Part shown: positions 1 through 8,909 of the stretch, one piece after another
Layout: every line of letters begins with the position of its first letter
How positions within the stretch are numbered: position 1 is the stretch's first letter
DNA from: an uncultured Bacilli bacterium
GTDB taxonomy: Bacteria > Bacillota_I > Bacilli_A > RF39 > UBA660
Length of the DNA stretch: 64,000 bases
Assembly (NCBI GenBank): GCA_934141145.1
Contig: CAKPCA010000001.1
Span: forward strand, 31,500-95,499
Reading direction: 5' to 3'
Notes under the pieces: model-generated
Database searches by the model: none
What the model was told of the DNA's origin: nothing
What the model saw: the letters and a program-made list of their open reading frames with translations, nothing else
Translations under genes and position numbers: made by a program

Positions 1-89
1 TCATAGATACTCATTTCAGAAGTTTTTATTAAATGAAGTAATAAATCTAATGGTCCTTCAAAATCATTTATTACAAACTTATAATCCAT
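1..89 (-). CDS. scpA: Segregation and condensation protein A, N-terminal 30 codons only; the gene runs off the window start
   Basis: Minus-strand ATG at 87-89 preceded by GGTGA. It translates MDYKFVINDFEGPLDLLLHLIKTSEMSIYD, matching the conserved ScpA N-terminus (FEGPLDLLLHLI). Confidence 0.7.
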   Translation of the reverse strand, partial: MDYKFVINDFEGPLDLLLHLIKTSEMSIY

Positions 90-164
90 TTATTACTTCA
101 CCTACTTTTCTTAAGACAATTATATCATAATTCTTTATATATACAAAGAAAAAAAATTTAGTAA

Positions 165-608
165 TTAAACTAAATTTCCGTATTTTTCTTGTAATCTTAA
201 CATATATTCCTTTTTAGTATCTTCATTTTTAAAAACTTTTATATGATCATCTCCACCTGTAACAATTACTTTTTCTCCTAGATCATATTCCTCTATTACC
301 TTTTCAGGAATAATTATTCTATTAGTTGAATCAACTTCCTTTTTACCCATTAATGATAAAATTAATAGACTTCTAAGATTTTCATAATCAAGTTTACTTT
401 TTATATCTTTTGAACTCATTATTAACCTTCTATATTTCTTTAACAAATTACTATATTTATTAAAACTTTGAATTCTAAATACTAAATCATTTTCCCTTAT
501 AAGACAAACTATATCACCATCATTTGGTTCTGCCTCTTTTGGAATAATAATCCTATTTTTATTATCTATAGAAATTTCTTTATTTAAAATAATTTCTTCA
601 TCAAGCAT
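165..608 (-). CDS. mraZ: MraZ-family transcriptional regulator paralog, located outside a dcw/rsmH context
   Basis: 147 aa with two tandem MraZ repeats: DNKNRIIIPKE and DSTNRIIIPEKVIEEYDLGEKVIVTGGDDHIKVF. These match the MraZ DxxGR-I-xIP signature twice. Size is typical. Confidence 0.65.
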   Translation of the reverse strand: MLDEEIILNKEISIDNKNRIIIPKEAEPNDGDIVCLIRENDLVFRIQSFNKYSNLLKKYRRLIMSSKDIKSKLDYENLRSLLILSLMGKKEVDSTNRIIIPEKVIEEYDLGEKVIVTGGDDHIKVFKNEDTKKEYMLRLQEKYGNLV

Positions 609-677
609 AAGAAAATCCCCTTTCTTTCGGGGATTATTTTATATCAATTAAGAATTATTGTCAATTCTTTATATTTA

Positions 678-2876
678 TTAATCAAAATTACAAGATGATT
701 TTATTACAGTAGAATCTACTTGTGGAAAATATGTTTGAAAATTAGCATTGAATCTTGTCTGATCACCATCTATCTGAACACATGTAAGTTTATCTGAATC
801 AATAAATAAATTACTAGTTGCAGGTACATTCTCTGCAATTCTTATTGCTGTTATTGCTTGACAACTTGGCATATATATTTTTGTTAATTTTGTTAATCCA
901 CTTGTATCAAGTTTAGGTAATTTTGTGCAAGAACCACAAGTAATAGATTCTAAATTGTTAGAACCATTAACAATTAAAGACTCTAAATTTTCTTCAGAAT
1001 CCAAATCTAATATTTTTAATGACGATAAATTACTTAAATCCAATGAATTTATATTGTTGCTACTTGATTCAATTGTTGTTAAATTATTGCACCCATTCAA
1101 ATTGATTTTGAATATACCTCTATTAGATTGTAAATTTAACTTTGTCACTTTACTATTTTTTAAATTAATTGCACCTATATAATTAAATGCTGCTATATTA
1201 CTATTAATAAACTCAGTCATATCTTGACCAGTATTTGAAAAATTAAAATTATCTACTTTTCCAGTTGTTGCAACTAGAGTTCCTGATATTGCTTGAGTTA
1301 ATCCAGAAAAATCAATATTTTTAAACGTTTCACTTGAATAAAATGCACCTTCCCCAATACTAGTAAGATTTTTTGCTGCTTTAAAATCTAAATTGGTTAA
1401 TGGATTAGAACCAAATGCACCACTTTCGATAGTCTCAACATTAGACATTCCTTCAAAACTAACAATTTTTATATTGTTGCTTGTAAATGCATTAGATCCT
1501 ATCGTTGTTAATTTTGATAAACCCGATAATGATAAAGTACTAATATTTTGATTAAAAAATGCATTATTACCTATTGTTGTTAATTTTGATAAATTACTTA
1601 ATACTACTGTATTTAAATTTTTATTTTCATTTTTATTTGCAAATGCAGATTCTCCTATTGTAACTAAGTTAGGTACACTATTATTATCTAATATTAAACT
1701 TGTTAGTTTTGTATCTTTAAATGAATTTGACTCTATTGTTGTTAAATTAGTTAAACCTTTTAATGTTAATTCTTCAAAACTATTAGAATTTACTAAACCC
1801 ATATCAAGAGTTGTAATAGGAATATTTGTCAATTCCATCTTTTTGATTGTTGTACCTGAAAAATCATTTTTTGATAATTTCTTCAAATTTTCATTATTTT
1901 TTATTATTAATTGTTCAATATTTGAACCCATAAAGTTAGATACCTCTGTTAGTTTACTTAAATTTTCTATTTCCAACTTATGAACATTTAATCCTGTAGA
2001 ATTTGTAATTGTTGCTAGATTAGGATTGCATGCTACAACTATATCACCTGTGCTTGTTAATCCACTTAATGATAAGCTTGTTAATCCACTAGCATAGTCA
2101 AGATTTAACTTATTAATTGTTGCACCATATAAAACGCCTTGATTAATAAATTTAATATTAGGTGATACTGTTATACTTTTGAAATTTTTTCCTTGTAAAT
2201 TAGCAGATATACTTGTTACAAGAGCATTATTTATAGTTTTTGGAATTACTAAATCAACAGTTTCTCCTGTTTGTCCAATATATGCTACTATGGTTGCCTC
2301 ATTATTTAAAATACTAAATATATAACCATCTGCTTTAATATATCCATCTGAATCTATTTCTGTACTTGTTAAGTCTTTACCAGGATATGTACTTATATCT
2401 GGACATGTATACTCTTCTGATTTGTTATCATCACTACTACCTGTGTATCCTATCTTACAATTTTCTTCTGTTATTTCTTTTCCTATTTTATATACTTTTG
2501 CTATTCTTTCTCCTGTATTTTTTATTGCACACCATTTCTTATTTTTACTTATTAATGCTAGTGTTGTTTTCCCTTTTTCTTGTACTATCTTTCCACTATA
2601 TGGTTTATCTCCCTTAAATGTTAGTGTTGGACTTCCACTTTTAAAGTCTCCATTTTCAAATTCATATATTTCATTTCTTTCTGTATTTGTTATACTTCCT
2701 TCACTATACTTTAATTCTGCGGCTTTTGCCATTAATCCTGCACTTTCTCCCCATGCTGTTCTTTCACTTTTTTCTATTACATCTAATATCTTTGGTACTG
2801 CTATTATTACTATTAATGCTAATATTACTATTACTGCTAATAATTCTATTAATGTAAATCCTTTTTTCTTATTCAT
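678..2876 (-). CDS. Prepilin-type N-terminal cleavage/methylation domain protein (pseudopilin/ComGC-like) fused to a large BspA-type leucine-rich-repeat domain
   Basis: N-terminus MNKKKG|FTLIELLAVIVILALIVIIAVP is a classic type IV prepilin leader with Glu+5. The C-terminal ~500 aa consist of repeated NLTTIxxxAF / LSKLTTIGxNAF LRR units. Confidence 0.75.
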   Translation of the reverse strand: MNKKKGFTLIELLAVIVILALIVIIAVPKILDVIEKSERTAWGESAGLMAKAAELKYSEGSITNTERNEIYEFENGDFKSGSPTLTFKGDKPYSGKIVQEKGKTTLALISKNKKWCAIKNTGERIAKVYKIGKEITEENCKIGYTGSSDDNKSEEYTCPDISTYPGKDLTSTEIDSDGYIKADGYIFSILNNEATIVAYIGQTGETVDLVIPKTINNALVTSISANLQGKNFKSITVSPNIKFINQGVLYGATINKLNLDYASGLTSLSLSGLTSTGDIVVACNPNLATITNSTGLNVHKLEIENLSKLTEVSNFMGSNIEQLIIKNNENLKKLSKNDFSGTTIKKMELTNIPITTLDMGLVNSNSFEELTLKGLTNLTTIESNSFKDTKLTSLILDNNSVPNLVTIGESAFANKNENKNLNTVVLSNLSKLTTIGNNAFFNQNISTLSLSGLSKLTTIGSNAFTSNNIKIVSFEGMSNVETIESGAFGSNPLTNLDFKAAKNLTSIGEGAFYSSETFKNIDFSGLTQAISGTLVATTGKVDNFNFSNTGQDMTEFINSNIAAFNYIGAINLKNSKVTKLNLQSNRGIFKINLNGCNNLTTIESSSNNINSLDLSNLSSLKILDLDSEENLESLIVNGSNNLESITCGSCTKLPKLDTSGLTKLTKIYMPSCQAITAIRIAENVPATSNLFIDSDKLTCVQIDGDQTRFNANFQTYFPQVDSTVIKSSCNFD

Positions 2877-3029
2877 TTTCTACCTACTTTTTTATATTAT
2901 TTATATTATACTCTCCCTCGACACATTATGTCAATAAATTTCTTTTTTGTAAAGAAAGACGAATGGATACAGAATACTACTATTTAGATAACATCAATAA
3001 AGGTATCAACTTAAAAACCAAGAAAAAAA

Positions 3030-3380
3030 TTAATCTCTTGGTTTAAATATTAGTGTAAATATAAAAGCAAATATTATAGTTGCAGTTATACCTGTTGCAG
3101 TTAAAGAAAACATACCTGTAAATAATCCTAGAAGACCATCTGATGCTGCTTTTGAAAGTGCTCCATGAATTAATAAATGTCCAAAACTAGTTATACATAC
3201 AAGTGCTCCTGCACCAAATTTTTGAACAAATAAATCATATATTGAAAATATATCTAAGAATGCGCCAATCATAACAAATAAACTAGTTATATGACCTGGT
3301 AACAACTTAGTATTATCAAGTATAATTTGTCCTATTAAACATACTATCCCAGCAAATAGAAATGAATATAAATATATCAT
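3030..3380 (-). CDS. spoVAEB: Stage V sporulation protein AE (SpoVAEb), membrane
   Basis: 116-aa polytopic membrane protein immediately downstream of the spoVAD homolog, with SpoVAE-like sequence and size. Confidence 0.7.
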   Translation of the reverse strand: MIYLYSFLFAGIVCLIGQIILDNTKLLPGHITSLFVMIGAFLDIFSIYDLFVQKFGAGALVCITSFGHLLIHGALSKAASDGLLGLFTGMFSLTATGITATIIFAFIFTLIFKPRD

Positions 3381-3381
3381 A

Positions 3382-4371
3382 TTAAACTACCTCCAAACAT
3401 ATTGCATGACTTATGCTAGGTATACTAAATTTCTGATTACACATAGTTGGGCTCATAAGTGCTCCTGTTGCAATTAATAATACTTTTTTTATTAATCTTT
3501 CTTTCATTTTTGGAATTACATAAGAATATGTTACAAGTGGTAAACATGCTGGACCTGATCCACCTGCATATATATCTTCATTTTTAAAGTCATATATCAT
3601 AGTTGCAGAATCATCATAATTCTTATCTATGTTAATGTTATATTCTTTTTTACAGTACTCTTTAAATAATTCTTTACCATATACTCCAAGATCACCAGTT
3701 AATATTAAGTCATAATCATTAACATTTGTCTTAGTTTCTTTTAAATGCTCATTTAGAGTATATGCTGCACTAGGAGTCATTACACTTCCCATATCAAATA
3801 CATTACTAACGCCCATATCTATTACTTTTCCTATAGTAGCACTTGTTACTTTTATATCTGTTTTATCACTTGTAAGCATAATACCTGCACTACCTGTTAC
3901 TGTAAATGTTGTTGTTTTAGGTTTAGGTGCGCCATATTCAACCGGATTTCTAAATTGTCTTTCCGCAGTCATATTATGTGATGATGTCATACATATAATT
4001 CTTTTTGCTTTTTTACTATCTATTAAATTAGATGCAATTAATATTTCTTCACACATAGATGCACATGCATTATATACTCCTAAGTATGGAATACTATATT
4101 TTGAAAAAGTATAATTTGATATTGTTATTTGATTCATTAAATCTGCAGATATTCCTACATCTATATCTTCTTCTTTGTGATGTGACTTATCAAGAAGGAT
4201 TTTTATTGCTTCACTAAGTTCTTTTATTTCACATTTTTCAAATGTTTTTTCATTATCATAAAAATCATTAAAGGTTTTATCAAATTTATCCTTAAGTGGT
4301 CCTTCTATTACAAAAGGTCCTGCTACAGTAGATGTATTTTCTACATATACATTATTAAATTTTATATTCAT
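3382..4371 (-). CDS. spoVAD: Stage V sporulation protein AD (thiolase/KAS-III-like fold)
   Basis: The ORF track gives 3382..4416. I trimmed it to the internal Met (MNIKFNN) so it does not overlap the spoVAC stop. The sequence shows a KAS-III-like core (NACASMCEE) in the spoVAC-spoVAD-spoVAE order. Confidence 0.7.
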   Translation of the reverse strand: MNIKFNNVYVENTSTVAGPFVIEGPLKDKFDKTFNDFYDNEKTFEKCEIKELSEAIKILLDKSHHKEEDIDVGISADLMNQITISNYTFSKYSIPYLGVYNACASMCEEILIASNLIDSKKAKRIICMTSSHNMTAERQFRNPVEYGAPKPKTTTFTVTGSAGIMLTSDKTDIKVTSATIGKVIDMGVSNVFDMGSVMTPSAAYTLNEHLKETKTNVNDYDLILTGDLGVYGKELFKEYCKKEYNINIDKNYDDSATMIYDFKNEDIYAGGSGPACLPLVTYSYVIPKMKERLIKKVLLIATGALMSPTMCNQKFSIPSISHAICLEVV

Positions 4372-4375
4372 TTTC

Positions 4376-4828
4376 TTACCCTCCAAAAAATACGAATCTA
4401 ATAATACCAAATACATATGCGGCTATAACACCATATAAAATTACACTACCTGATAATTTAAATATATTAGATCCTATTCCCATTACAAATCCTTCTTTTT
4501 TGTATTCAAGTGCACTAGATGTAGTTGCATGTGCAAAACCTGTTATTGGTACAAATAGTCCTGCTCCTGCTTTTGCTACTAATGTGTCAAAAAATCCAAG
4601 TGCTGTAAACAAGCAAGAAAAAAATATAAGTGTGACCATCATAAGACTAATAGCTTCATTATGACTTATTGCTGGGCATTTTTCATAAACACATACAAGT
4701 ACTTGTCCTATTACACCTACAAGTCCTCCTACTAAAAAAGCTAGTATTGCATTTTTTAATTTATTTTCTTTTGGACTATGTTTTTCTATTAGCTTCTGAT
4801 ATTCTTTCTTTTCCATATTATTCACCAT
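4376..4828 (-). CDS. spoVAC: Stage V sporulation protein AC
   Basis: 150-aa membrane protein with SpoVAC-type sequence (GFAHATTSSALEYKKEGFVMGIGSNIFKLSG), sitting between the sigma-factor gene and spoVAD. Confidence 0.7.
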   Translation of the reverse strand: MVNNMEKKEYQKLIEKHSPKENKLKNAILAFLVGGLVGVIGQVLVCVYEKCPAISHNEAISLMMVTLIFFSCLFTALGFFDTLVAKAGAGLFVPITGFAHATTSSALEYKKEGFVMGIGSNIFKLSGSVILYGVIAAYVFGIIRFVFFGG

Positions 4829-4884
4829 TTGTATTATTTACAAAAAATATTTTTATATACAAAAAAATCTTGCTTTTGCAAGAT

Positions 4885-5550
4885 TTATGCACACATTTTA
4901 CTATTTAATTCATCAAGTATCTTCTTTTCCATTCTATATACTTTTACTTGACTTATATTCATTTTTTCTGCTATTTCCGTTTGAGTTTTATCTTCAAAAT
5001 ATCTTTGATATATTAAATCTCTATCTTCTTTGCTAAGTTCACTAAGAGCATATTTTAAAGAAATTAAATCTATACTATCAACTTTATCTTTATCATAAGT
5101 AACATCATACAAAGATAATTCATTATCCCCATAATCATTTTTTTCATCTAAACTATCTGTATTTTGACATAAATTAAGTACTTCTTTTATTTTATTTTCA
5201 TTTTCTTTTAATAAGAGTGATAATTCATATGAACTAGGGTATTTTCCATAACTCATATAATATCTTTCTTCTGCGACTTTTATATTTCTATTTAATCTAA
5301 TCATATCTCTACTAACATGCAAATTTTTATCTTCTCTTATGTACTTTAATATTTCACCTAAAATATACTTATATGAAAATGTAGAAAATTTTACATTAGC
5401 ATTTTCATCATACTTTAGTGATGCTTTTAAAAGTGCATTTCTACCTACTTGATACAAATCTTCTCTATTATAATTTTGTGCGAATTTATTTACTATGGAC
5501 ATTATAAGACTATCGTATTTTATTACAAGTTCATCAGTAAGTTTTAGCAT
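4885..5550 (-). CDS. sigF: Sporulation sigma factor of the SigF/SigG class (sigma-70 family), compact 221 aa
   Basis: Sigma-70 region 2 (YDSLIMSIVNKF ... DLYQVGRNALLKASLKYD) and a region 4 HTH (TQTEIAEKMNISQVKVYRMEKKIL). It lies directly downstream of a STAS anti-anti-sigma gene and upstream of the spoVA genes, as in spoIIA-spoVA loci. Confidence 0.6.
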   Translation of the reverse strand: MLKLTDELVIKYDSLIMSIVNKFAQNYNREDLYQVGRNALLKASLKYDENANVKFSTFSYKYILGEILKYIREDKNLHVSRDMIRLNRNIKVAEERYYMSYGKYPSSYELSLLLKENENKIKEVLNLCQNTDSLDEKNDYGDNELSLYDVTYDKDKVDSIDLISLKYALSELSKEDRDLIYQRYFEDKTQTEIAEKMNISQVKVYRMEKKILDELNSKMCA

Positions 5551-5855
5551 AGACTAAACTCCCTAAGTGCGGCAAGTTCATCTTTTACATTAATATATTT
5601 TGCACTATAGTTATCTTTTCCGCACATTAACATTCTACCATCATTAGTCTTAACTAATTTCTCACATATTTCAAATAACTTATTACTACTTTTTATTATT
5701 AAATTACTTATATTAAAAACTAAATATCTAATACCACCATCATTAATTATTTCAGTAATAGTATTCTCTATTCCAAGCTCATTATCATCTGTTAATATTC
5801 CTTCCAATCTAACAAATAATACCCCCTTAGTAAATTCAATATTAATATTTAGCAC
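5544..5855 (-). CDS. spoIIAA: Anti-sigma-factor antagonist (STAS domain), SpoIIAA-like
   Basis: 103-aa STAS-like protein (FTKGVLFVRLEGILTDDN ... NISNLIIKSS) that overlaps the sigma-factor start by 7 nt. Confidence 0.6.
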   Translation of the reverse strand: MLNINIEFTKGVLFVRLEGILTDDNELGIENTITEIINDGGIRYLVFNISNLIIKSSNKLFEICEKLVKTNDGRMLMCGKDNYSAKYINVKDELAALREFSLC

Positions 5856-6026
5856 TTTTTTTCATCCTCCCTTTTCTACAATAGTTATTAAATCACTAAT
5901 TAATTTTCTTTTAAATAGTTTTGACAAAACATTACAAATTTCGCACTATTTTTATTTTCTCATAATATTTATTAGCTTATTTTTTTATTTATTCCCCTAA
6001 ATTAATTCATTTTTTTTAATTTTATA

Positions 6027-6035
6027 TGCTATAAT
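6027..6035 (+). promoter_or_regulatory. Extended -10 promoter element (TGcTATAAT) for the lipoprotein gene
   Basis: TGcTATAAT lies about 24 nt upstream of the AAAGGAGAA RBS and the GTG start at 6059. Confidence 0.35.
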
Positions 6036-6058
6036 TTTCTTAAGAAAGGAGAATTTTT

Positions 6059-6532
6059 GTGAAAAAGTGTTTCAAATATTTATTTATATTTGGTTTTATA
6101 TTTCTAATTGCAGGATGTACTAACAATGATAAAGAGGTAGTTAGAAAGTGTACATTAACATCTGATCAATCTGCTAGTGGATATAAATTAAATTCTACTT
6201 ATGAAATTCATGCTAAAGGTAATACTGTAAATAGTGTTGTTACTGAAGAAGTTGTAATTTCTAGTAACGAGGAAGTACTTACATATTTTGAAAATCAATT
6301 AAATACTACATATAATACCGCTAATGAAACATATGGTGGATATACTATTGATATTAAAAAAGATTCTGATAAGCTTACTTCAAAAGTTATTATTGATTAT
6401 ACAAAACTAGATATGGCAAAATTTGTAAAAGATAATTCTGGTATGAAAGCTTATGTTAATTCTAATAATAAACTTACACTTGATGGCGCAACTAAAATAT
6501 ATGAATCTTTAGGTGCTACTTGTGAAAAATAA
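6059..6532 (+). CDS. Secreted lipoprotein of unknown function (GTG start)
   Basis: Signal peptide with an LIAGC lipobox, and a good RBS (AAAGGAGAA) upstream. Confidence 0.55.
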   Translation: MKKCFKYLFIFGFIFLIAGCTNNDKEVVRKCTLTSDQSASGYKLNSTYEIHAKGNTVNSVVTEEVVISSNEEVLTYFENQLNTTYNTANETYGGYTIDIKKDSDKLTSKVIIDYTKLDMAKFVKDNSGMKAYVNSNNKLTLDGATKIYESLGATCEK

Positions 6533-6560
6533 AAACAACTAATTTAACTAGTTGTTTTTA
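6531..6560. terminator. Bidirectional rho-independent terminator between convergent genes
   Basis: AAACAACTA-atttaac-TAGTTGTTT hairpin flanked by an A-run and a T-run. Confidence 0.55.
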
Positions 6561-7600
6561 TATTTTGGTATATCATACTCTGAAGTTGGTATATAACCTG
6601 GTTTTGAATTTATTACATCTTCTATTCTATTTACAATAGTCGCACATGTAAGTTCTACTGTAGATGGTCTACTAATAACTACTTTAGTATTAGGTTCTCC
6701 TTCTATTTGCCATACATTCATATCAACTTCATCACTCTTATATACTTTTCCTATACATTCTGACTCTATTACTATTCCTTCTTTAGTATTAGTTCTAACA
6801 AGGGCACTCATACCTCTTACATCACCCTTTTTAATAGTCATATTTAAAGTATCACTTTTAATATCTTCATCTGCTAATATCGGAATACATTCTTGTGTTT
6901 GATCTATAACTGTTAAATTAAACTTATTACAAAGCCATCCATTTGTATTCCACATATAAGATGGAAGAAATTCTCCATTTTCTATTAATTTATTTCTTTC
7001 TTCTTTTGAAATATTATCTACTACTGCAATATTTTTTTCAAAATCTTCTTTTGTAAGACCTGCACCATGTGCTTTAGCAAGTGCTATTCCATAATCTTCA
7101 ACATTATAACTTGAACTACCTTTTATCTTATTAATCTTATGTGTACTTCCTGCTAATGTATAGATTAAATTTCCCCAAAACACATCTTGGTATCCACTTC
7201 CTGTTAATGTACAATTATTTTCCTTTGCTATTTTATCTAATTCTTCTGTAAGTACTGGAGATGAATTAAAAGGATATAAAGCTTCTTCACAAGTACTAAT
7301 TGCATTTATACCTAATTCAGCACAAATTCTAAATATGCCTGCTACATCTTTCATCAAACTCATTGTTGTAATTATTACGATATCTGGTTTTAATTCTTTT
7401 AAAATCTCTTTTGCATTATCTATAGGACTTATACTTACGCCTAAGTCATTACCACCAATAATACAAGATATATCTTTTCCAATAATATCTTTATTAATAT
7501 CAAATGCACCTACTATAGTATAACCCTTTTCTAGACTATATTTCATAGTATACTTTGACATTTTACCGCATCCATATTGTACTACTTTATAATTCTTCAT
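6548..7600 (-). CDS. DapB-N-like NAD(P)-dependent amine dehydrogenase (2,4-diaminopentanoate dehydrogenase / Ord family)
   Basis: N-terminal Rossmann region VVQYGCGKMSKYTMKY ... GAFDINKD. The ~350-aa length and overall pattern resemble Ord/AmDH-family enzymes. Confidence 0.45.
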   Translation of the reverse strand: MKNYKVVQYGCGKMSKYTMKYSLEKGYTIVGAFDINKDIIGKDISCIIGGNDLGVSISPIDNAKEILKELKPDIVIITTMSLMKDVAGIFRICAELGINAISTCEEALYPFNSSPVLTEELDKIAKENNCTLTGSGYQDVFWGNLIYTLAGSTHKINKIKGSSSYNVEDYGIALAKAHGAGLTKEDFEKNIAVVDNISKEERNKLIENGEFLPSYMWNTNGWLCNKFNLTVIDQTQECIPILADEDIKSDTLNMTIKKGDVRGMSALVRTNTKEGIVIESECIGKVYKSDEVDMNVWQIEGEPNTKVVISRPSTVELTCATIVNRIEDVINSKPGYIPTSEYDIPKYKNN

Positions 7601-7711
7601 TATAATTCCTCCTTATATCTTGAGTGTAACACATATATATTTTACTAACAAGAACTTTTAATCTACAAAGTGTAAAGTAAATGTGTTATAATTGTTAAAA
7701 GGAGGAATAAG

Positions 7712-8182
7712 ATGAATAAGACTATAAAAACTATAATAATTTGTGTAATAAGTGCTATATTATTATTTATTTTAGCAATTTGTAGTTTTATATTTTTAGT
7801 TATTAAAAATGTAGATAAACAAGGTAACAAAGAATTTTATACTATTGGAAATGATACATTTCCATCAATAACTTCAGTTGTAGGAAAAAGAAAAACTAGT
7901 AGTATTAGTACTAGCAAAAAGAATAAAATAACTACTAAAAGTTACACATATACAGATATAAAAAATGTACAATCAGATTTAGATCAATATATTGCTGAGC
8001 TTAAAAGTAATAATTTCTTAACTACATCAAAAATAGACTTAAATAAAACAAAGGATACTTTTTCTTTAGCTAAAGTATCTAATGATAATGACTATATCAT
8101 TGTGGTTAACATAACTTACGATTTAGGTACTTATACTATAGAGATTAAAAAAGGTATAGGCTCATTAACTCAGTTTGAATAA
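7712..8182 (+). CDS. N-terminally membrane-anchored hypothetical protein
   Basis: Single N-terminal TM helix followed by a Ser/Thr/Lys-rich linker and a soluble domain; RBS AAAGGAGGAATAAG upstream. Confidence 0.45.
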   Translation: MNKTIKTIIICVISAILLFILAICSFIFLVIKNVDKQGNKEFYTIGNDTFPSITSVVGKRKTSSISTSKKNKITTKSYTYTDIKNVQSDLDQYIAELKSNNFLTTSKIDLNKTKDTFSLAKVSNDNDYIIVVNITYDLGTYTIEIKKGIGSLTQFE

Positions 8183-8231
8183 TTTTTGTAGCAACTATTA
8201 TTTATATTTATAAAATATAATAGGTGGTACT

Positions 8232-8891
8232 ATGAATAATAAACATATAACTATTATTGTATCAATAGTAGTTTTTTCTTTTGTACTTGGTATTGTTTTT
8301 AACGATATTTATTTTGGTTTTTTAGCACTATCTAGTGGTACATTAAATATTTATCTTCAAGTTAAAGGAAAATCATCTAATTATATATTTGGATGTATAT
8401 ATAATTTAGTAAATGCATATATATCTTATATTAATAATTTATATGGACTATTTATTCTTTCTTTATTACTATATTTACCACTTAATATAATTGGTTTTAT
8501 TTCATGGAATAAATCAAAAGATAGTAATAACAATATAGAATTTAGAAAATTCGAAAGAAAAAAGTCTATAATAATTATTATAATTTCTATTTTAACAAGT
8601 ATTTTATTTGGTACTATACTTGGAATTAACCCTAAACAAAAATTAGAATTTTTAGATGCTACATCAAATATATTAAATATATTTGGAATGATATTACTAA
8701 ATAGAAGATTAAATGAAGGCTGGTATATACTTTTAAGTAATAATGTAGTAGATTTAATAATATGGACAATTAATTTATTAAATAATACAAATAATTCATA
8801 TATGATGTTTATCGTATCAATTATGTATCTTACTATAAATATATACGGAATTTATAAATGGAAAAATTGTGAAAAAATAAAAATGCACTAA
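8232..8891 (+). CDS. pnuC: PnuC-like nicotinamide riboside/NMN transporter (tentative)
   Basis: 219-aa protein with ~7 TM segments. The size and W-containing motifs (ISWNK, GWYILLSNNVVDLIIW) resemble the PnuC family. Confidence 0.35.
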   Translation: MNNKHITIIVSIVVFSFVLGIVFNDIYFGFLALSSGTLNIYLQVKGKSSNYIFGCIYNLVNAYISYINNLYGLFILSLLLYLPLNIIGFISWNKSKDSNNNIEFRKFERKKSIIIIIISILTSILFGTILGINPKQKLEFLDATSNILNIFGMILLNRRLNEGWYILLSNNVVDLIIWTINLLNNTNNSYMMFIVSIMYLTINIYGIYKWKNCEKIKMH

Positions 8892-8909
8892 CCGTGCATT
8901 TCTTTTTTT
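8881..8909 (+). terminator. Rho-independent terminator of the pnuC-like gene
   Basis: AAATGCAC-taacc-GTGCATTT followed by TTTTTTTT; the stop codon lies in the loop. Confidence 0.6.

Noticed and set aside
925-2937. Plus-strand ORFs (925..1182, 2366..2617, 2422..2937) inside the pilin-LRR gene
   Set aside because: They lie antisense to a long, well-supported minus-strand CDS. They have low-complexity Leu/Phe/Ser-rich translations typical of AT-rich antisense frames, and no RBS.
4372-4416. SpoVAD start at 4416 overlapping spoVAC by 41 nt
   Set aside because: The internal Met (MNIKFNN) gives a non-overlapping gene consistent with SpoVAD homolog N-termini, so the longer N-terminus is likely a track artefact.
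5856-5990. Spo0A box / SigH promoter upstream of spoIIAA
   Set aside because: I looked for TGNCGAA and the SigH consensus on the minus strand. Only partial matches (TGCGAAA, GAGAAAATA) were present, which is too weak to call.
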